Source: a virus. From it: a stretch of 64,000 bases of DNA. The position numbers were made by a program, and so were the translations under genes. Below, in pieces: positions 58,095-64,000 of this stretch; within the stretch, counting starts at the first letter, position 1; every line of letters starts with the position of its first letter. The stretch is taken from IMG/VR virus record IMGVR_UViG_3300031553_000001, positions 1 to 64,000 of that record; one strand, written 5' to 3'. The notes beneath the pieces are model-generated. The model saw only the letters and a program-made list of their open reading frames with translations, did no database searches and was not told the origin of the DNA.

Positions 58095-59112
58095 TTACTA
58101 GATGGCTTTTCTTGTGCCCGCAACCAATACGGGATGACGTTTGATCACCGGTGTACGGGTAATGATGTTGGCATCAGTCAAGCAAACTGTCTGACCTGCC
58201 TTGAACTGCACACAGGATTTGTCAAACGTTATCACAACCCAGCCACGCATCTTGCGCTTAATAGTCACTGGCATACCACGCCACAGTCCATCCATCATTT
58301 CTTGCTCGCATTGGCTTTGATTATCTCAGATGTTGAAAATGTATATCCATCTTCATCATTCCATAGATCAATACCTGGAACATCATCGAAGCCTTCTTGG
58401 TAACCAATCCAATGAAACTGTTTCACTTTGCCATCCGCTGGTGAGATAGCCACAAACGAATGTGTTTTATCCATCTTTATCATATCTCCTCTGCACTTAT
58501 GACTGTAATCGTGGATGACGGCTTGCGTGCGGCATTCTCTAGTGCTACATAATGCTTCCAACATCGCACTATAGACACCACCACATCACCCTCCCCAAGT
58601 TGCACCGCTATGCGTACCCTGGCTGCCAGACGGCAGCGTGACCCAGCGTCCGCAGTAGGCATATACTGACAGTTGACCTGTCCAGGTGGCCTGCCAACCC
58701 CTGTGTAGTTCTTTGTCATCATACTCTCTTTCTAGCCGGCATTCGGCTTGTGCCTGGCTGCCCGGCTGGCCTGGTGAATGCTAATCGAAGTCAGTAACCT
58801 CCTTTGTTGTCGTGATCTAACCTAGCCCCACCGTTCTTCGATTGCGCGCGCCAGTATCGCGGCGTTGACTTCGTAGCCTATCAGGGTGAACCTGATGTTA
58901 CCAGCCTCGCGCATGCCTTCGAGATCGTCGCGCGCATCCCGTTCATCGCGATAGCCTTCCAAGATTGCGTCAATAGCAAGTTCTTTTGATTCATCCTTGG
59001 TGACATGCTCACTACGCGCCCAGGCCCTCTCGTGCTCATCCATCACAAAGTCATCAAAAGTCACGTTATATCTCCTCTAGCAGGAATTATAGGCTCCTGG
59101 CTGGCCTGATTT

Positions 59113-59178
59113 TGGCTTGTCACTTCAGTGAGTAGGTTGCCATCCTACCCAGACGGCTGGTTGACCAGCCGTTTCGAC
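59113..59178 (-). ncRNA. Hammerhead ribozyme, type II, core variant CUGAAGU
   Basis: GTC GAAA CGGCTGG-TCAA-CCAGCCG TC TGGGTAGG-ATGGCAA-CCTACTCA CTGAAGT GAC AAGCCA. Confidence 0.8.
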
Positions 59179-59877
59179 TCATTGTAACTCAGCCCACGAT
59201 CTTACACCTTGATACATATGCATCCAAAATATCATCTGCCGCTCAAGTTCCTCAATAAATCTGGCCCTGGCCAAATGTTCCTGCAAAGCTATGAAGTTGT
59301 GCATCATAGACGTGCTAGACATCTGGGGCTCATAGGCACGCATATGCGTCTCAACCAGATCCCAATAGTATTCCTCAACGACATACATCCAAACATCGAC
59401 AAACTCCAAATCTGTGGCCTCATCCACTTTACCAATCACTACATCATAGATTTTTGCAGAGTGTTCAGCGCGCCATTCGGATTTGACGATTGCATCTGCA
59501 CGCCATCCCAGTTCATATGCCCAGGAACCACCTTTGGCCAGATGCTCTTTGAATTCAATTGTGCACTGCTCATACGCCCGCTGATGTCCATCTATCCATC
59601 TCTGAATTTCATCCACTAGCCTAGCTGGATCCAACGGTGCAGGTGGAGCATCTTTCAGCCTAATATTCATTTCCCCCACCCGCTTTGACTTTGTGATCAT
59701 CATATGAGTGTATTTGCCACGCTCCGCACCCTTCACCTTCAGGTCAGCACGGTCATCGGCCAGATTCTCCAACTGCCCTCGAAGATTGGCCATCTCCACA
59801 CGGATGTCCTCAGCATCCTCCACAGTCATCGAGTACATTTCATTACGCCTTTTGTCAACGAACCCACGCTCCAACAT
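59179..59877 (-). CDS. Hypothetical early protein
   Basis: AAGGAGG RBS; flanked by two hammerheads. Confidence 0.7.
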   Translation of the reverse strand: MLERGFVDKRRNEMYSMTVEDAEDIRVEMANLRGQLENLADDRADLKVKGAERGKYTHMMITKSKRVGEMNIRLKDAPPAPLDPARLVDEIQRWIDGHQRAYEQCTIEFKEHLAKGGSWAYELGWRADAIVKSEWRAEHSAKIYDVVIGKVDEATDLEFVDVWMYVVEEYYWDLVETHMRAYEPQMSSTSMMHNFIALQEHLARARFIEELERQMIFWMHMYQGVRSWAELQ

Positions 59878-59897
59878 TACAAACCTCCTTTGAATTT

Positions 59898-59963
59898 TGG
59901 CTTATCTCATCAGTAACCAAGTAGCCATCTTGGCTAGACGGCTGGTTGACCAGCCGTTTCGAC
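59898..59963 (-). ncRNA. Hammerhead ribozyme, type II
   Basis: GTC GAAA CGGCTGG-TCAA-CCAGCCG TC TAGCCAAG-ATGGCTA-CTTGGTTA CTGATGA GAT AAGCCA. Confidence 0.92.
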
Positions 59964-61517
59964 TCATTGTAACTCAGCCAACAACGCTTGCAGTTTCTCA
60001 ATCTTGGCAGCATCCATCTGTGCCACAGCCAACCAGTTTAACAGAAACCAGTCAGTGAATCCCCTGGTAAAATCCGTCTCACCAGTATTGTAGTGGCCCA
60101 GCTCGTGAAGCATCACTTTCAGGACAGCCAGACCTCCGCGCTTGAACACACTACGAAGGATGTACACCCGATTGTCTTTGTAGAATCCGCACACTGTCTT
60201 ATTTCCCATCACCTTGCCAACTATATGCACTACTGTAGTTGGCACATCCAGCTCTGCACAGATTTCTCCACAGGTGCGAATAATTTTCCGTTCCCTGGAA
60301 GTAGCCTCAACGATTGTGAAATCCTCATCGCCAAATCCAGAAGCTTGCCGGTCAGTCTTGATGCCCAACCGCTCAGCAAATGCCTTGCTAACGGAATTCA
60401 GATTGACCACTTCCCAACCAGAAGCTGTGGCATCAGTTGCTGCATAGCTATTGGTGTGTATACATGCCTGTTCACCATATACACGGTAGAACGCACGTTT
60501 CCATTTGGTGGCGACAATATTGTCAGACACCATAATGCGCGCATTGTATTCCATAGACAACGACAACTCGCTGTCCACTGCGTATTTCCAGTAGTATTCC
60601 ATCATCATGCGCGTCATATCAGAAGACATCAATGCCGCACCAACATTCTCACGCAGCTGGTAGGAATCAACCATATCCCTATCGCGATTGATGTCCACAT
60701 CCTCCAAGTTATACGAGAACAGTGCAGGCATTCCACTCTCAGCCGTCAGATCCCTCACCCAGATGCCACGTAAATACAGCCTACACGGTTTTCCAGGTCT
60801 GGGCAAGAACACCGTCTTGGATGAGGAAGTGGACTTGCGTTTACGCTCTGTATTCTTGGCACGATCAGCTTTACGCTCTTGTTGACGCATAGTCTCATCA
60901 CGCCTGCGGTCTGCTGCCTGACGTTGGCGCTTGGCAGACTTACGAATATCTGGAAAATAGTCCGCCAGATTGTTCATATAATAATCCAAGGTGGATGTGC
61001 GGCCAATTCTCCACACCGTACCACCCTGCAGCCGTTTTGGATTATCTGGATCCTTCTGGCGATATACATCCAAAACCAGTACATCATTGGTGCCGCCATT
61101 GTACTTACCAAACCGCGCACGCACCATCCAGTCTTGACTCATCATCTCTATAGAGATTTCCAGTTTGGCAAATACCAGGAAGGCCATCAACTGGCCTTCA
61201 CCTTTTTCGCCACGGTAGCCAAGACCACGCTTACCACTCTTGCCAAGGAGCAAGATATTCTCAAAGTCACAGCCACGCCCTTGGTCCCGTATGACTATGT
61301 GCTTGGTGCGCTTGTCTACCTTGACGTAATCAGTTGGGTCACCACCGTGCGTCTGGGCCATATAATCAGCCTCATCCATGGCGTTTTGCAGGCATTCTCT
61401 CAAGCCTGCCCACTCGTTCCAGACCTTCTCACCGTCCAGATAGTCTCTGGATATATTGGTTTGTATGGATTGGTATAGCCTATACCAACCATATCCTGTC
61501 AGAACCTTGTCAGTCAT
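59964..61517 (-). CDS. GHKL ATPase fused to a zincin-like HExxH domain
   Basis: RECLQNAMD, RDQGRG, GEKGEG; C-term MLHELGH. Confidence 0.8.
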   Translation of the reverse strand: MTDKVLTGYGWYRLYQSIQTNISRDYLDGEKVWNEWAGLRECLQNAMDEADYMAQTHGGDPTDYVKVDKRTKHIVIRDQGRGCDFENILLLGKSGKRGLGYRGEKGEGQLMAFLVFAKLEISIEMMSQDWMVRARFGKYNGGTNDVLVLDVYRQKDPDNPKRLQGGTVWRIGRTSTLDYYMNNLADYFPDIRKSAKRQRQAADRRRDETMRQQERKADRAKNTERKRKSTSSSKTVFLPRPGKPCRLYLRGIWVRDLTAESGMPALFSYNLEDVDINRDRDMVDSYQLRENVGAALMSSDMTRMMMEYYWKYAVDSELSLSMEYNARIMVSDNIVATKWKRAFYRVYGEQACIHTNSYAATDATASGWEVVNLNSVSKAFAERLGIKTDRQASGFGDEDFTIVEATSRERKIIRTCGEICAELDVPTTVVHIVGKVMGNKTVCGFYKDNRVYILRSVFKRGGLAVLKVMLHELGHYNTGETDFTRGFTDWFLLNWLAVAQMDAAKIEKLQALLAELQ

Positions 61518-61547
61518 CTCATTTCTCCTTTGTGTGCAGCGTTTACA

Positions 61548-63018
61548 TTATCCCGTACACGACCACAGACTCGCTTGTGCTGAATCTATCAAGAAATACC
61601 GCCCCAAAGCGCGGCCAAATTCGTCTTCTCCCGCGATTTCCTCATCAAACGTGAAATCGCGATCATGGCAATAATGTCTGATGTTATCACTCTGTCCAGC
61701 AATAGTTACAATGTCGCTGCCAGACCGCAAAACGTCCACAATCATATGCACAGTTTCCATCACATCGTATTGCGGTATCATATCTAACCGCTCTGCTAGT
61801 GCATAGACTGTGCGCTCAGAGTAATGATAACCACGATGCCCAGTTTTGAACCAAACAAGAAAACCTGTATCATCACGAACTATCGCGCCAGTTGGATACA
61901 ATTTCTTCCACTCTCGATCCAGCGTTGCGAGTCTCATTTCATTTCTCCTTTGTGTGCTACTCTAAGTTTATCCACTACTGGATGCTTGCAGGGGAGTCGA
62001 ACCCCTCACACTGCCCGGCGCAGGAACTATCCTGATACCTCACAAGCATCCAGCAGAGGACAAACCCTATCCTCTGCCTATCACACTACTTTGGATGACG
62101 CTCAGAAAAAGTCTTCATCCACTTGGCCAAAAGCGTACGTGCTTCCTTCTCAGACACGTTGAATTCCCCCTGGACGTATGAACCCGCACCAAACATATTG
62201 GTGACTCCTGACTCCCGCAAATCGTCCAAATATTCAAAGACCTCATCCTCTGCATATCCAATGATCTCATCCGCGTACTCAACATCATCATCTGCTGGAA
62301 ACTCTATCACATTCATCACTTGCCTCCATATCTAGCCCAAAACTGGCCCGCACTCATCGTGCGTACATTGGGATGGTCCTGGATGTACTTAGCCATCTCG
62401 TGCCAATGCGGCTTCTCCACTATAGACTTGAGGATGTTCTCCATCACAAAGTTGTCTGCCCAGCTGGAGAATGTTACACGAATCCACCTGCCATTAGGTA
62501 GCACCCTCAATAACCAATCGTCACGTTTGGTCCCACCTTGGCCCATCTCACAACGATTACCCTTCAATCTGGGCATCCGTATCCTCCTCAGAACTTGCGC
62601 ACAACTCAATGACCTGCTGTTGCGTCAACAACCCGCGCACATACCGTCTCAACACGTCATCCGATGGCGATATTGCCAACTCATCAACAAACTCTTTTCT
62701 GCAAATCTCCATATCCGCAAGAATCTTTGCTTCTGATCTCCTAGCCATCACGAACCTCCTAATCTAGCTGCCTCCTCTGTCAATATTCTAATATCCGTAC
62801 TGAGACATTTCAAACGCGTTCGTTTTCTTGAACTTCTCAAAGAACTTGGCTTTGTCAACCACCTCAACACGAATTTCACATTGCTCATAGCTATACTGAC
62901 ACATCTTCGACCCAACCACTTTGCCCCCAGCCGACCTCACGTCCTGTGCGTAGTTGTGTATGTCTCCTTCGTGCTCACACTCACTAAACACCAGAGTAAT
63001 CACTTTGCTCCTAACCAT
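61548..63018 (-). other. Run of small early hypothetical genes
   Basis: 61548..61937, 62086..62319 (YLDDLRESGVTNMFGA, a recurrent phage motif), 62316..62609, 62557..62751, 62788..63018; several preceded by AGGAG-type RBS. Confidence 0.6.
61979..62048 (-). ncRNA. tRNA-like element (70 nt)
   Basis: Acceptor TGCTTGT/GCAAGCA + TCCA; T arm AGGGG-TTCGACT-CCCCT; only 35 nt between acceptor and T arm; no canonical D or anticodon arm. Confidence 0.6.
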
Positions 63019-63036
63019 CACAAACCTCCTTGAATT

Positions 63037-63099
63037 ATGGCTTATCTCATCAGTAGCCAAGTAGCCATCTCAGCTAGACAGCCTTGCGGCTGTTTCGAT
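63037..63099 (-). ncRNA. Hammerhead ribozyme, type II
   Basis: ATC GAAA CAGCC-GCAA-GGCTG TC TAGCTGAG-ATGGCTA-CTTGGCTA CTGATGA GAT AAGCCAT. Confidence 0.92.
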
Positions 63100-63424
63100 T
63101 GTTTTTGTCTCATTGACTAGCGTGAGTTTCGGTTTCCTCTGGGCCATACAGCCAAGTCCTGGTATCCCAACTCATCCCTGGCTAACTCTCCTGTCAGCCA
63201 TTCCTGCCCTGCGTTACGCATATAGCCCGCATCTGGGCTGTTACCACATTGGGAGGATTTTACGCTAAGGCCTGTTTTGTCAGACCGTTTTATGGATTAG
63301 ATTTAGCTTGGCTCCCGCCATTCTCGGTTTACTTGCGGCTTCTAGGATTATTCCCACTTGGGGCGAGTCATCGGGTGGCTTTGCCTTAGCTATTCGTTTT
63401 TTAATCTACTCTACTTTCATATAT

Positions 63425-63453
63425 AGTATAAGCGATTTTCAATGAAAAGTCAA
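63425..63453 (-). promoter_or_regulatory. Sigma70-type early promoter
   Basis: TTGACT-17 nt-TATACT in an AT-rich intergenic region. Confidence 0.75.
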
Positions 63454-63624
63454 GCGTTTTACCTTAAGAATTCCAACATATTCCAATTTCCAACCTTAAA
63501 ACTTTTGGCCAATTACAAGACTTTTCTGTATACAATACCGTGTACTTAGAGATTTCCTGGGATAAATATTTGATTTCCATCCTGCTACATAGAATTCCAA
63601 TTCTGCAGAATGAGAAAGGCTTTT

Positions 63625-63820
63625 AGCAGACGCGTTCTTTGCGTCTGCTGTAGCAGCGTTCTTTGCTGCTACACCCCGTGCTTTTTCCAGTGTGGCCTTT
63701 AGGGTTCTCTTTTATTTATGGTTCTCTTTTATTTATGGTTCTCTTTTATGGTTCTCTTTAGGGGTGCTTTTTCCAGTGTGGTACCCCGCGTATTTTCGGG
63801 GGTAGTACCCCGTGCTTTTT
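63625..63820. repeat. Iteron-like repeats and twin hairpins, candidate replication origin
   Basis: GGTTCTCTTT x4 (63703-63760); GTGCTTTTTCCAGTGTGG at 63678 and 63764; two hairpins with loop GTTCTTT. Confidence 0.65.
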
Positions 63821-64000
63821 CTTACCTGGTGTGGAATTGCCATAAGTGGCCCAGTTTAGCATGTGGTATATGTTAACCTCACCAATCTTGCGATCAACTT
63901 CCAGGACGCCATCCTCTTCCAACTTACTGATGGCCCTTTCCACAGTAGTTCTATTCAAGCCAGTATCCTTACTGATTGTTGGAATACCTGGCCAACATTC
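63758..64000 (-). CDS. HTH replication-initiator-like protein (5' end outside the window)
   Basis: TGLNRTTVERAISKLEEDGVL winged-helix motif, then N.Y and low-complexity repeats. Confidence 0.55.
   Translation of the reverse strand, partial: ECWPGIPTISKDTGLNRTTVERAISKLEEDGVLEVDRKIGEVNIYHMLNWATYGNSTPGKKKHGVLPPKIRGVPHWKKHP

Noticed and set aside
58730-58790. HDV-like or twister ribozyme in a GC-rich intergenic stretch (shares CAGGCCAGCC with ~59100)
   Set aside because: Pairings exist but I could not fit the conserved catalytic cores; probably an RBS-proximal hairpin.
59-62736. Numerous plus-strand ORFs in the track
   Set aside because: They are antisense shadows of coherent, tightly packed minus-strand genes and show no recognisable motifs.
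63300-63395. c-di-GMP-I riboswitch suggested by GGCAAA/GCAAAGCC
   Set aside because: The required GNRA/receptor two-stem layout is not present.

Overview
This is about 64 kb of a tailed (siphovirus-like) phage genome with essentially every real gene on the minus strand. The host is probably Chloroflexota/Anaerolineae, judged from a YLPVV+Pro/Thr secreted protein and an NPGFE sugar-binding-type protein. In transcription order (right to left) it contains: (1) a replication-initiator fragment with iteron-like repeats, and a sigma70 promoter; (2) an early region punctuated by three type II hammerhead ribozymes and a tRNA-like element; (3) a middle region with a sigma-like factor, PolA with a UDG domain, gp32/UvsY/RecA, SbcD, a 5'-3' exonuclease, a resolvase, two DNA methyltransferases, a phage M6-like thymidine hypermodification set and tRNA-Ile(UAU); (4) a late region with TerS, TerL, portal, MuF-like protein, protease, scaffold, capsid, a large glycosyltransferase/methyltransferase block, neck and tail genes and the start of the tape measure. 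The main findings are five. A solo Cas7/RAMP-like gene is followed directly by a non-coding array of 26/31/36-nt units built on a 5-nt NN-NGY register, a candidate RNA-guided system. Six copies of a KGSSSSGWY leader are fused to different ART-like or unknown cargo domains, one of them inside the portal. An intein splits a radical SAM CxxxCxxC motif and carries its nuclease in a different, overlapping frame. The octamer TTGACAAT is strongly enriched on one strand and almost only in the middle region. Several candidate ncRNAs sit behind a phage-specific promoter motif. All family assignments come from motif recognition by eye; no searches were run.
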